Positions 46,125-58,901 of a stretch of 64,000 nt of DNA are shown here, in pieces. This DNA is from Octopus sinensis (lineage: Eukaryota), in NCBI RefSeq assembly GCF_006345805.1, contig NC_043026.1, forward strand, positions 248,001-312,000, written 5' to 3'. How positions within the stretch are numbered: the first letter of the stretch is position 1; each line of letters begins with the position of its first letter. The notes below the pieces were generated by a model that was given only the letters and a program-made list of their open reading frames with translations, made no database searches and had not been told where the DNA came from. The position numbers and the translations under genes were made by a program.

Positions 46125-47529
46125 GTGTGTGTATATATATATATATATATGTTTGTATGTATATATGTATGTATGTATATACATACAGACAGACAGGCAC
46201 CAAATGTAGTTAAAAGTGCTTTACAGTGTAATCCGGATGGATATAGAAAGAAAGGTAGGCCTAAGATCTCATGGCGTAGATCAACACAGAAGGAACTAGA
46301 GAAAGGGGGACATTCAGAGTATAAGTATAGAAGAGAAAAATTATGCGACAAGGAATTCAACTCTAAGTGGCCTATACTCCGCATTGGGAGATTAAAGGCA
46401 GGAAAAAAAAAGATACGTATGGAGCGAGTGACCAATCAAAGTCATTAATTTCGCATGTTAAACAGATTACATATATATGCGTCACATCAAACGCACCAAC
46501 ACCACTGACACGACCAACAAGAATATCGAACACACCCCATCGAATGTGCATTTAGGTATCTAATGTGCTCAGTGAAGTGTGACTGTTCGTATTCATGTGA
46601 GACACTAGTTTAGTTCCGTGCAGGTGAAGTCATAATATCATTAATGACCAGTGTTGCTCTCACTGTGTATGTTATTGACCATTGTACAGAGTTGTCGTAG
46701 CTGCTGATACTGGTGACAGAAGCGAGCAGTGCTGCTATCAGTGAACAGTTCGAAGACCTTCGCTCCGGTTTCACTTGTAGAGACAGTGGTAATATTGTCA
46801 TCTGTAGGAACTCTGGATTGATATCTGGAGACAGTGCCGACATCTGTGGTAATTCTGGAAGCAGAAGATAATATTCCTTCTACTATAAACACAAGGTCTG
46901 AAATTTTGTAGGAAAGGGCTAGTTGATCATATGAACCCCACTGCTCAGCTACTACTTGTTTTATTGAGCCTGAAAGGAAAAAAGGATAAGTCGGCCTCTG
47001 TATCATTTGAATGCAGTGAACAATATTGTCATTCGTAGGGGTCCTGACTTGACATCTACAGACAGTGGTGATATCTGTGGTAATTCTGAAAGCGGAATTT
47101 GTGGACATCCTTCATATTTTATGACTGGACGGTCATAGTGGACAGACCTGACAACGTCTCTCGTTGCCCAGGAATAGCAAAATCACTGCGTCTACCCACA
47201 ACAAAGGTAAGATTACATTTGGGCGTGTGAGTGTGTGTGTGTGTGAGAGAGAGAGAGCCTATTCTCTTCCCCTCTCTATGTTCTCCTCTCCCCTACTGCT
47301 TTCTATGTTTCTCACTCTCTCTCCGAATACTCTCACTCTCTTTTATCTGTTGATCTTTCTTTTTACATCTGTCCCCTTATCCCTTTCTCTGTCTCCTTAT
47401 ACCAGGATCGATTTCTCCCTATTTCTATCTCTCTATCACTTTCTCTGCTGTCTCTTTCTCTTTACCTCTCCCACTTTTGAATTCTGTCTTCCTCTCCTTC
47501 TCTCTCTAAATTTTCTCCCTCATCTTCTA

Positions 47530-47597
<68 letters not shown>

Positions 47598-47665
47598 GCA
47601 CGCACACATGCACATGCGTACACAAATATTTACATGTATGGTCCTCTTCTGATTCTAGAGCCAAG

Positions 47666-47996
47666 ATGTTCCAGTTTCCTTCTACCATTCCAACCGTGAC
47701 CACAGTGCTGCTATTAACCCTTACTACAATTCTGACCGTTACCTCAAACCAGCAATTTTATACAGGCAGCTACAGATCTTTGGCTCCTGGGTATTCCTAC
47801 CGTTACCTTCAGGAACCTCCGACAGAACAATTCTCCTCCACTCGATGTCTACTGAAATGTGTCGCAATTTCTCTAAGCAGCCAATCGGAATTCTTCACTT
47901 ACAACAATGTCAGCCGTGTTTGTAAGAATTACTCACCGAAAAATATCATGACAGTTGTCAGCACGCATGACAGCAACGAGATGTCCTTCTACAGAA
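47666..47996 (+). CDS. Copy D exon 1: signal peptide plus degenerate PAN/apple-like module
   Basis: MFQFPSTIPTVTTVLLLTLTTILTVTSNQQ...LLKCVAISLSSQSEFFTYNNVSRVCKNY; phase-1 donor AGAA|GTCAGT. Confidence 0.85.
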
Positions 47997-48432
47997 GTCA
48001 GTGAATTATTATTACTATTATTATTTTTCCTTATCATCATGATTAATTCCGCCGAGGTAACTTTCTTTTTCATATGAATCGACTTTCTTCTGCGTGTATA
48101 TAGATAATTTTTTATATACCATCCTAGGCCATTTTCCTCTGCTTCGATACAGTCTTGACAACAGATCAAACTTGTCCCACCCTTTCTTCTGGACGAGTAC
48201 AGCCTATTGGTATCACTCTCCTTTTTTCTCATTAATATAAGCTATTATTGTTATAATTATCATTGATAGTAATATATTTGTACGTACCTGACGCGTGTAT
48301 CACATTTAAGAGAAAGAAATTAAATATTGTAAAACTAAATCTCAGGAAGAGGTTTGAGACCACCACCTATCTGCTTTATTATTATTTATCAACACCCATG
48401 CCTACTGGACCACAGACGTAACAACGCTCTCA

Positions 48433-48790
48433 ATGAGAAAATTAAGTTACGAGCGTCTTAAATATCCAGCTCGAAATACTGAATGTAGGAAATGGAAGAA
48501 GATTGATCACTTTTCAAAAGTATGTAGGTCTAAATATTCAGTTACTGCATCAATTCAAACTGGTACGGTTGCTTCTGTTCTCTCTGCGTTGCACGCGTCG
48601 ATGATAGAAATATCTATAAATGGATTTTCGTGAAAACTCTCTCGGACACTGGAAGCTTGGAAAACTTCCTTTCAAAATCTGTGGTTAAATCTCTTCGGTT
48701 TCCTACTTCTCCATATAATGGTACTATATCGATGGCTGCAGCTAATTTAAAGTCGTCTGTCAAAGCATGCTGCAAACTAAATATAACTCG
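48433..48790 (+). mobile_element. Gypsy/Ty3 LTR-retrotransposon gag-protease remnant in intron 1 of copy D
   Basis: YPARNTECRKWKKIDHFSKVCRSK (decayed zinc knuckle) followed by IEISING...TLSDTGSLENFL (aspartic-protease DTGS motif). Confidence 0.8.
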
Positions 48791-49209
48791 GATCTTTTTG
48801 GCGTTCACACCATGTAAGAATACCTCCAGAACGGTCATGGGCATTCTTAAATTTTTAACTGTTTCTAAACGTTTTTAAGGCAGGGGGCAAGTGTTGTAAT
48901 TTTGCTGGATTTGAACCTGTTAGGTGGTGCGTTGTATCACTCTATATAGCAGGTGAACATCTTCATTTATTTGACATTTATCAAGTGGACTACTCGTTTT
49001 CTTTTCTTCTAGTATACTTGTAAGTAAAAGCCAAAGTTCACGGTTCATGGTTAAAACTGACGGTTTCCTACTATATTGGTACAAACATACGTACCTACTT
49101 AGTTACTTACATACATACTTATACACATACACACTTACTGTTTACTGCAATGATTTGGTTCACTAGATCGGTGAAAAATTCTTTTAAAGTTGTTAATATT
49201 TTCAGAGGG

Positions 49210-49735
49210 GAAAGCGGCAAACTGGCGGAAACGTTAGCACGCCGGGTGAAATTCTTAACAGTATTTCGTCTGCCGCTACGTTCTGAGTTCAATTTCCGCC
49301 GAGGTCGACTTTGCCTTTCATCATTTTGGGGTCGATTAAATAAGTATCAGTTACGCACTGGGGTCGATATAATCGAGTTAATCCGTTTGTCTGTCCTTGT
49401 TTGTCCTCCCTGTGTTTAGCCCCTTGTGGGTAGTAAAGAAATAGGTATTTCATCTGCCGCTACGCTCTGAGTTCAAATTCCGCCGAGGTCGAATTTGCCT
49501 TTCATCATTTTGGGGTCGATAAAATAAGTACCATTTACGCACTGGGGTCGAAATATTCAAATTAATCCGTTTGTCTATCCTTGTTTGTCCTCTCTGTATT
49601 TAGCCCCTTATGGGTAGTAAAGAAATAGGTATTTCGCCTGTTGACTCGTTCTGAGTCGCCCAGGTCGACTTTGCCTTTCATCCACTCGGGGTCGATATAT
49701 TAAGTACCAGTTCAACACTGGGGTCGATGTAATCC
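49210..49735 (+). repeat. Three tandem SINE family 2 units
   Basis: A head-bearing unit followed by two units joined at GAAATAG|GTATTTC. Confidence 0.8.
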
Positions 49736-49759
49736 ATTCATGGCCTCCCCAAAATTGCT

Positions 49760-50110
49760 GCCCTATGTTTTCCAGAAACTTCTGTTCTGGCTGCATCTAA
49801 ATGATTTTGTAGTCCCTTGTTAAATTATGCTTTATCATGTCCATTTTGTATTTGTTCCTTTGTCTTGCTTTTTTTCCTCTGCATTCAATACTCCATCATT
49901 CCCGACACTAGCAAGGTTTCCATTTGCTCTCCTCGCATACAGACAAACAGTGTCTGTACGTGGATGATGGGCTCCATGCATCTTTAGAAGCTTTCTCGTT
50001 TTCCTGTCCATCTCCTATACCTCCTCCTCTCTTCAGTTCAGGATGCCAACGCCATACACAACTCTGAAATGGCGCGAAAGTTCTTTGCCGAAACTATGTT
50101 ACTGGCATCG
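49760..50110 (-). mobile_element. R4/Dong-like non-LTR retrotransposon fragment
   Basis: The minus strand gives EMDRKTRKLLKMHGAHHPRTD, matching the DRKTRKxLTMHGxxHPK motif downstream of R4-clade RT. Confidence 0.7.
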
Positions 50111-50159
50111 AGTTTTGAAGCCAATATTGCCATGATTATTACTGCTGCTTCTGCTGCTG

Positions 50160-50219
<60 letters not shown>

Positions 50220-50258
50220 TTATTATTATTGTTGTTGGTATTATTATAATTATTTCAG

Positions 50259-50437
50259 ATAGCCAATGGATTAAAACTTATGCCATATCAATGGGAGCTG
50301 GTTCGAAAGTATATGATTCATTCCTGAATATAGGACTTCCTTCATCCTGGAATGTGGACGAATGCAGAGGTACCTTTTGTCCCAACTTCTTCCGGCATCC
50401 TATCCTGGATTACTGGAACTATCTTCCAATTGAGGAG
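50259..50437 (+). CDS. Copy D exon 2
   Basis: TTTCAG acceptor; SQWIKTYAISMGAGSKVYDSFLNIGLPSSWNVDECRGTFCPNFFRHPILDYWNYLPIEE; phase-0 donor GAG|GTATGT. Confidence 0.88.
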
Positions 50438-50899
50438 GTATGTATGCATACACATACACGCGCACACAAATGCATATTATTATTTCCATAATAACAGTAA
50501 TAATGATAAACAAATATTTAGATCAATTCAGTTATGTGTGTCACATATTTGACCTGTAAAAAATTATTTATTGGGAAGGCGAAGCAATGTTGTAAAGAAT
50601 TTTATCCGCGGCAAACCGCGGTGAGATTCATGGCCTCCCCCAAATTGTTGCCCTTGTGGAAAAGATTTGAAACCATTATTATTAATTCTTTTTATAATAG
50701 GTTTTGCTGGAACTCCTAGAATCTTGCATGCGTAGCAAGCTCGCTGCTTGCAGCCTACGTTGCTATGCTACCCGTCCTTTTCATAGAAAAAAGACTTTCC
50801 TTATTGGGAATGACGAGTGAATAAACGACAAAATCGATGAAATCTCCTTAGGATACATGACTGGTAAAAGTCTTATTCAGCTCGGCACAAAGTAAAGCA

Positions 50900-51250
50900 T
50901 GTGGACCTCGGTGGCTCTCGAATTATTTTGTCATTCTTTTTGTGATATGGCGAGATTGAGTTACAAACAAACCTTGAAGGAAGAGCGAAGCCAGAAAACT
51001 GTCAGAACCCAGATTAAGAGCAGTAAATAAGATTAGCTAGAACACATCTCGTGAAAACCTCTTTCTGATAACACCAGGCAAACCGTCCGATGAATATCCC
51101 AAGGGAGACAAGCGTGACAGATCAAAATCAACGTGGAAAATTTCTACAGAAACTGAAGAAGTATCAGGCGGTTATACCTGGGGAAAACTATAACTTATTG
51201 CCAAATTTAGAGACAGAATTCTAATGGAACTAAGAAGGCATGTCGTCGGG
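50900..51250 (+). mobile_element. Old RTE-like LINE 3' fragment
   Basis: Weak similarity (PKGDKRDRSKSTWK...GYTWG) to the RTE C-terminus. Confidence 0.4.
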
Positions 51251-51470
51251 TGTTTTTTTCCGCTGTATGTCTAACTACTAAATTCAGCGTTTCAGTGTGT
51301 TCTCTCCGGGCTACACATTTTGGGTGGGAATAAATTTTAGTTGATTAATTCAACAAGCTGTATTTAGCAGACAATGATATATCAAGCACTAATTAATATA
51401 AAAATATTGCTAGTACATATAATTTTATCTCTTATCTCTTTGTAATAATAATATATTGTTAATATATTGG

Positions 51471-51680
51471 ACGCCATGATAGATCGTTAGCTCCTACACG
51501 CATTTTTCTCTCCTTGTTTCTCTCCTTGTTTTTGCCAGTGTATCTTTCTGTCGAAGAGCATAGGCTCGAAACGTAAAAGACTTTTTCTATTCCTGAGCGC
51601 TATGCTAATACATTTGTTTGTTTGTACTCCACCTGCCTTCGTCTTTTGTTTATTTTCGTAAACTTGCCCTTTATTTATAC

Positions 51681-51776
<96 letters not shown>

Positions 51777-51990
51777 CGGGAAGCTTTATGAAAATAAACA
51801 AAAGACGAAGGCAGGTGGAAAACAAACGAACAATTGTATTAGTATGGCGCTCAGGAAATATAAATAAAACAAGTCTTTAACGTTTCGAGCCTACGCTCTT
51901 CAACAGAAAGATACACAGAGAGAGAAAAACACAGAAAGAAGGAGAGAAAAAAATGCGTGCAGTAGCTAACGAATCAACATGGCGATCTGA
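51471..51990. repeat. ~200-bp inverted repeat around a (TA)n tract, Penelope-terminus-like
   Basis: Arms ~51471-51672 and ~51777-51990 are reverse complements; each has CTGTYGAAGAGCRTAGGCTCGAAACG. Confidence 0.75.
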
Positions 51991-52308
51991 TTTCGGCCAG
52001 AGGTCAAAGATCAAACATGAGACGCGAGAGCGAAATAAGGGGAGATAATAGGGTTGATAAAAGGGTTGAGGGACCAGCTAATAGTGCGTAGGAGGGGTCT
52101 GGATGTGTGTATGTATAGGGTTGGTGTATGTATTAGTATGTATAAGGGTGTGTGTGTGTGTGTATGAGAGAGTATTAGTGCGTAGGATTGGTCTGGACGT
52201 GCGTATGTATGGGGTTGGTGTATGTATTAGTATGTATTAGTATGTATTAGTACGTATTGGTATGTATAAGTGTGTGTGTGTGTGTATGAGAGAGTATAAG
52301 TGCGTATG

Positions 52309-52388
<80 letters not shown>

Positions 52389-52391
<3 letters not shown>

Positions 52392-52782
52392 GCAGTATCG
52401 CCCGGCTTTGCTCGGGTTTGTAAGGGAAATAACTATATAAGCATTTTTAGAGAGTTATACCCAAAATATAGCAAAAAAATGCATTAAAAATGGAAAACAA
52501 ATTAAGGTAATTTTTTTTTAAATCGTTGACACATCGTAGATATTTTTAGAGAGTTACTTCCCTTATATAATAGCGAAAAATGCATTTAAATGGAAAAATA
52601 TGATGGTAAATTTTTTTTGATCGTAGACTCATCGTAGACGCGCGCTAATACCCAGAAGGGCTCGATATGAATCACGACTATAAGATACCCGCTTTTGGTT
52701 AAACTGCACCGCAAAATGTGGGAGTAGTTAGGAATCTAAATCGTAGGAGACAGACACACAACTTCACTTTTATATATAAAGA
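52389..52782 (-). mobile_element. Non-autonomous Helitron-like element (same family as 30-404)
   Basis: Shares GCAGTATCGCCCGGC(G/T)TTGCTC(A/G)GGTTTGTAAGGGAAATAAC with 33-70; the minus strand starts A|TCTTTATATATAAAAG. Confidence 0.72.
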
Positions 52783-53056
52783 TATAAGCCACGTAGTTAT
52801 ATACACATACTTTGTTATATACACATTCTTAAAAGAAAATGTTATTTTGAACACAACATTTATAAAGAATAAAATATTTTTTGGTTTTTCTTTTAAACGG
52901 ATGCATACATTTATTAATAACTATATATAAGTGTCGTCTGTTTATACATAAACACTGTTTCATACTGCAATTATATATACATATATCTATATATAATATT
53001 ATATAATAGAATATATATAGAATATGTGTATATATTTATGTATGTATAAATATATA

Positions 53057-53913
53057 CTGAAAGAAGCTCGGCTCGCCAATTAATACTACCAAAATTTAAC
53101 GACAGAAAGTAAATTAAAAACCAATTTACCTTTTCTGTATTGTTATGGCAATTCGACCGACCGTGTGTCTTTGCAAATGTGTTGGAATGAGAAGTGAGTT
53201 GTGTTTAGCGCCTTTTTTACTAATAACAAACACACACGTGTTTGTATGTAGTTGTTTGAAACATTTGTGTTTGTCACTGTCATATATGTATCTGTATGCG
53301 TGTGTGTGAGGAATGACACACACACACTCATGCACGCAAACATGTACATCAATGCTTTCGGAGTGAAATGTTAAAATATTGAGTTTTCTCGAATTTTGTC
53401 TTAATTGGGGGTAAAATTGAAAGAAATTTTGTATGGCATGACCCAATGAAAGTACTTTGAAAAATCATGGGTAAACTCTAATTGAAGAAATTGTGTGAGG
53501 AGTAATTCGTTATGTATTTATTTGTTTCTGTTTGCTGTGTTTTTTTTTTGTAGTGGTTTAAGGTACGCTTCTCTCGTTTTATAGAAATAGTTTCACTTTA
53601 ATCGTTGCACACTTGCAAAGAGAAAGGAGTAGAAATTAGAGTGATAGCGTGAGTGAAGCAGATCGTTCCCTGTGTGTGTGTGTGCGTGTGCTATAGCCCA
53701 CACTAAGAAAAGCACTTGACTTACACACCACAATGTGAGTTTTCTCTAAATTTTCCTTAATTGGGGTTGAAATTGGAAAAACTCGACCTGGCACGACCCG
53801 ATGCATTCTACTCTTAAAAATGCTAGATAAATTGTAATTGAAGAAATCCTATATTGTAGATTTCTATAAGAGACAAAGGGAGGCAGATAAAATCTGCCTT
53901 TTATAATAAGAGA
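53057..53913 (-). mobile_element. Probable second Helitron-like element
   Basis: The minus strand starts A|TCTCTTATTATAAAAGGCAGAT with hairpin AGGCAGAT-AAA-ATCTGCCT; the 3' end is poorly defined. Confidence 0.45.
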
Positions 53914-53977
53914 TATATGAAGGCGCAATGGCCCAGTGGTTATAAAATATTTCTTTTATATGTTTATATATGTTTTC

Positions 53978-54064
<87 letters not shown>

Positions 54065-54066
<2 letters not shown>

Positions 54067-54279
54067 TCTTTTACTTGTTTCAGCAATTTGACTGTGGTCA
54101 TGCTGGAGCACTGCCTTTAGTCTAGCAACTCGACCCCGGGACTTATTCTTTCGAAGCCCAGTACTTATTCTATCGGTCTCTTTTGCCGAACCGCTAAGTA
54201 ACGGGGACGGACATAAACACACCAGCATCGGTTGTCAAGCAATGCTAGAGAGCCAAACACAGACACACAAACACACACA

Positions 54280-54313
<34 letters not shown>

Positions 54314-54474
54314 ACGGGCTTCTTTCAGTTTCCGTCTACCAAATCCACTCAGAAGGCTTTGGTCAGCCCGAGTCTATAGTAGAAGACACTTTCCCAATGG
54401 TCCAAGCAGTGAGACTGAACCCGGAACCATGTGGTTGGTAAACAAGCTACTTACCACACAGCCACTCCTGCGCC
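54065..54474 (-). mobile_element. SINE family 1
   Basis: Head CCACTCCTGCGCC at ~54462-54474; body and tail toward 54065. Confidence 0.88.
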
Positions 54475-54776
54475 TATATATATATATATATATAATTGAG
54501 TGATACTACACACTGATTGGTCAGAATACAGTTTGCAAACCTAGCAATCTGGAGCCCACACAGCTGTATTTAAGGCACAGATTTAATCATCTCGCTACAG
54601 TCAAAAATTGTGAAGTATGACTGTCACCACTACTACATGAACCTGAAGATTGCAGAATTTAAGGCATGAAAGTACTAGTTCAATCAGAATGAAGATTTAA
54701 CATTCTATTATCTTATATTATATCATTATAAGATTGTAAATAAAACGTAAAAATCAGACAAGGTTGGAACTCCTTT

Positions 54777-54838
<62 letters not shown>

Positions 54839-56374
54839 GTTAAAGAGGACAACAAACGTCAAAGCATCTCAAGTCATATACATTTGACTATCCTCTATAT
54901 CGGAAATTTACAATTCACATTGCTTGGTGAGGAGGGTGTGTATTGGACACCATGCGGGGTGAAAAACGAAACCCGTCAAAGGGCGGAGGACCTCTTGAGA
55001 GTCAATGGCCATCCAATAAATGTATTAAGGATGTATCATGCGTGGGGACATAGAAATAATCGAACTGAATACCCGATCACGCTGTTAAACCATTGGGAGT
55101 GAAGGACTTCTAGCCTTTTATAAGCATCCTTCTAGGAGAAGGTAGCTCAGGTAACTGGGATAACTCCGATGTAAAACTGCGGCTCAGTGGTTACCGATGA
55201 TGTTGACTTGTTCTTCTTTTCGGATTATGACTGCTGTTGCTTAGTGAGTGGGATTGACTCAGTGCACAGCCTTTCCTCACTTTAAAAAAATTCTTCTTGC
55301 ACAGGCATTGCACAATAACAGCATTGATTAAGCTTCGTGAAATGGCCATACTCGATAACAAGGGGGCAGCCACCATGTATATATGTATGCATATTCTTGT
55401 GTTTGTGTGTGTGTTTGTTTGTGTGTGTGTTTGTGTGTGTATGTGCTTGTGGGATGGGGTGTATCTGCATGTAATGGAGCTAAAAACGAATGTATTATTT
55501 GGGTATTGCAGAAAATTATTAATACATTGTGTCATACAACTCGGCAAGCAATAACACGAGATCTTAAGTAATACTATGAAATAACAAGTTTACGTAACAC
55601 TTCCAGTTCTTGAGGTCATACTGTATTGAAGGTTAAGTGATATATACCAGATAGTATCATGGTAGCATATGAGACTTTTAAGTAAAGTGTAATTAATTAT
55701 ATTATATGATTCATTTAGAGATAGCAAGATACGTCAAATAAGCAAATACAATCATTCATCAACAGATGCTTGCGTAGTAAACTTAAAATTATATGACCCG
55801 AACACACAAGCAATATGGAGCTATGGCAAAGAACAAATCAATTTTCGATTAGGGAGTAAATATTTAAGAAAAAGAGGTAGTAGATTCGTAGCACGATTAT
55901 AAAAGACACACCAAATATAGCGAAAAGTGCTTTACAGTGTAATCCGGATGGATATAGAAAGAAAGGTAGGCCTAAGATCTCATGGCGTAGATCAACACAG
56001 AAGGAACTAGAGAAAGGGGGACATTCATGGCAGAATATAAGTACAGAAGTGAAAAATTATGCGACATGGAATTCAATTATAAGTGGCCTATACTCCGCAT
56101 TGGAGGGTTAAAGGCAGGAAAAAAAACATACGTATGGAGCGAGTGACCAATCAAAGTCATTAATTTCGCATGTTAAACAGATTAATTTCGGTCAAGAGAA
56201 TTACGAAGTAAAAATGAGAGTGGACATTAAGCTAACAGTGAAGGAAATACATATTGAATTACCTCGATCTATTTAACTTGACCATTTCTTTTTATTATGT
56301 GTGTATGTGCGTGCGTGTGTGGTTGTAAGCGTATGTGGTTGTAAGTGTGTGCTACATGCTCATTTATTTTACAG

Positions 56375-56538
56375 GTGAAACTGTTGATTTATAAAAACAA
56401 AACAGATGTGGTAACTATAATATTTGATGGACGAAATACAACCCTTCGAAGCTGGTTCTCTCACGAAAAGTTGAAAAATTCACCGTGGAACGACCTAGCT
56501 TCAGCCACCGGAGTTCATTTATCAATTGAGGGATTTAG
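56375..56538 (+). CDS. Copy D exon 3
   Basis: TTACAG acceptor; VKLLIYKNKTDVVTIIFDGRNTTLRSWFSHEKLKNSPWNDLASATGVHLSIEGF; phase-2 donor AG|GTATGC. Confidence 0.88.
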
Positions 56539-56773
56539 GTATGCAAATATATATTTCATCTTCTTTTATTTTGTTATGTAGAGACCTATATTGTTAAAAT
56601 ATGTCACTTTACGTACGCTATAGATAAATTTTAACACTATACATTTCGACGCGACACTTTCTGGTGATGAACAACGCATCTCTAGGCTTTCAACATTATA
56701 TCCTCATTTATTATAATATACAGAATGCAAATTTAAACTAATACTGCTTCCGTCCGTAATAATGAAATATATT

Positions 56774-57355
56774 CTGCCTCTCGACTAACAGCAACGCAGG
56801 TGATTTGTTAATCACTGTTTTTCTAAACCGAAACTAAATAGGTCTGCGCATGCGGATGTCAATGACTACTTCATATTGAAGTTTTGAAAGAAACAGGAAT
56901 ACGTACAGCGGGAAGACCGAAAATGTCTTGAAAGTCATAACATGCCGGCGGGAAATAACATCATTAGGTGAGACGAGCTGACACTGGATCAGCTTCGCTG
57001 ACTGACAGGTGACGGTCCTTTAGAGAATGCGCGGGCTAAAACTACGCGCCTTCACTAGTCAGTTAAGGTGAGACAGTGTCACGTGACAAGTTGCTGCGGC
57101 TGCCTGCTGGAGCCTCGCGGTAGGTATTTAAAGGGAGAGTTTTGACAAGTCTATCAGTCACCGGCTGACACTCGCTGACGATACATCGAAGAGGCCAGGG
57201 AACAGAAGAAAGAAGACATGCACCCAACACCCGAGCTGAAGACATCCCCGAGAGGGCGGGAGCATCCCGCCACGTCAAAACGGTAGAGGAGTAGGGGCCG
57301 AAACCGAACGTGGTTCCTCCTGATGATGTCTTGAGCTAACTGGATCCTACATAGG
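56774..57355. mobile_element. 582-bp insertion in intron 3 of copy D, class unknown
   Basis: Flanked by ATATATT (56767-56773 and 57356-57362). Copy A has the empty site with a single ATATATT (~27012-27018). Related sequence occurs at 41474-41863 and 63171-63569. Confidence 0.7.
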
Positions 57356-57492
57356 ATATATTTCCGTATTTTTAACAACACACTTTTAAATTAAATGTTT
57401 TCCAGTGACAAACAGCTCAGTTTCCTGGATTTCACATCAAGAAGCATGTTTCAAAGTGGTAAACACGAAAATATATTTTCACCTTAATGTGC

Positions 57493-57920
57493 TCTTTTAC
57501 TTGTTTCAGTCATTTGACAGTGGCCATGCTGGAGCACTGCCTTTAGTCGAGCAAATCGACGCCAGGACTTATTTTTTGTAAGCGTAGTACTAATTCGATC
57601 GGTCTCTTTTGCCGAACCGCTAGGTTACCGTTCTCAAGGCATGTTGGGGCGACAAACACAGACACACACAAACAGACACACACACACACACAAATACACA
57701 CACACAAATATTCTCATACACACACATACATACACACACGCACACACACATATATACATATATACGACGGGCTTCTTTCAGTTTCCCTCTACCAAATCCG
57801 CTCACAAGGCTTTGGTCGGCCCGAGGCTACCGTAGAAGACACTTGCCCAAGGTGCTACACAGTAGGACTGAACCCGGAAGGATGTTGTTGGTAAGCAAGC
57901 TACTTACCACACAGCCACTT
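57493..57920 (-). mobile_element. SINE family 1 in intron 3 of copy D
   Basis: Reverse complement of 26448-26882. Confidence 0.88.
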
Positions 57921-58431
57921 TACCATAATTATATTTATTTGTATGTGTTGGGTTTAGATATTTCTATGTTCCGTTATAATATTTCTTTTGACTAGAATTC
58001 ATTTTATATTTATTTAGCGCTTTGATAAGATGTTTAATACAGGAAAATGTTATCGCTCGTATATTTGTGGCCGTTTGTGGATTTATTTATTTTTGTACCA
58101 AAGTGTTTGCCTCGTGTGTAATTTCGCCTTTGTTGGTGTATTGATATTTGCGCATTTCCGCGTGTTTGTGTGAGCATGTGTGTGTGTATGTGTGTGTGTG
58201 TGCGTACGTGTGTGTGTGCGTGTTTCGGTGCATATGTGTGTTTTTATGTGTGTGAGTGTTTAAACCCCCATCTTTGCGTTTATACACATTTAGTATGATA
58301 CACAGATGGCTATTTTTAATTAAACACTGACTAATTCAATTGCGTGTAGCGGACATACTAGTCTATTTAATACATGTTTAGATTTTCACATTCTGAAACC
58401 CAAACAAGTTTTTTTTTCTTTTTCTCCTTAG

Positions 58432-58592
58432 ACATGTACGTCGATTTTATATAACATTACATGGTTTTTGTGAAGGGGACAGAGGCTGGTTGACCATCAA
58501 TGAGGGACCACTTCACTGTCAGTTCGAAGAGTCAGATCACTACCCTTCAATTCGTTATTCTGATACAAAATCGAAAGTCATATGGAACAACG
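58432..58592 (+). CDS. Copy D exon 4
   Basis: CCTTAG acceptor; HVRRFYITLHGFCEGDRGWLTINEGPLHCQFEESDHYPSIRYSDTKSKVIWNN; phase-1 donor G|GTAAGT. Confidence 0.88.
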
Positions 58593-58845
58593 GTAAGTGA
58601 TATTGTATATTCTGCGTGTGTGTGTGTGTGTGTGCGTGTGTCTTACTGTGAGTAGTAGTCCTAAAAGTAAATTTTGTACTTATTGTTTAGCTGCCAATCA
58701 GGCTTGATTGAGCTGATTTATGAATAAAAGCATTCTGACCGAGAATCGACTGCTATTTCTAGTAATTCGAGTGACCACGTATAAAGCCCTCCCACGATAT
58801 ATTTGAATGTCTTTTGTTGTTGATGTCGTTATTTGTTACTTGCAG

Positions 58846-58901
58846 GTTATGGATTAGCAGACTCCATGGCCATATTCATCCGCCTGAGGCAGCAGAACTA
58901 A
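58846..58901 (+). CDS. Copy D exon 5 (terminal); the spliced CDS is 891 nt, 296 aa
   Basis: TTGCAG acceptor; GYGLADSMAIFIRLRQQN*; AATAAA at 59001 and 59148. All five exons join in frame with compatible phases. Confidence 0.88.

Noticed and set aside
47164-47652. 162-aa hydrophobic ORF upstream of copy D
   Set aside because: It comes from CT-rich and (CA)n simple sequence, which mimics transmembrane composition.
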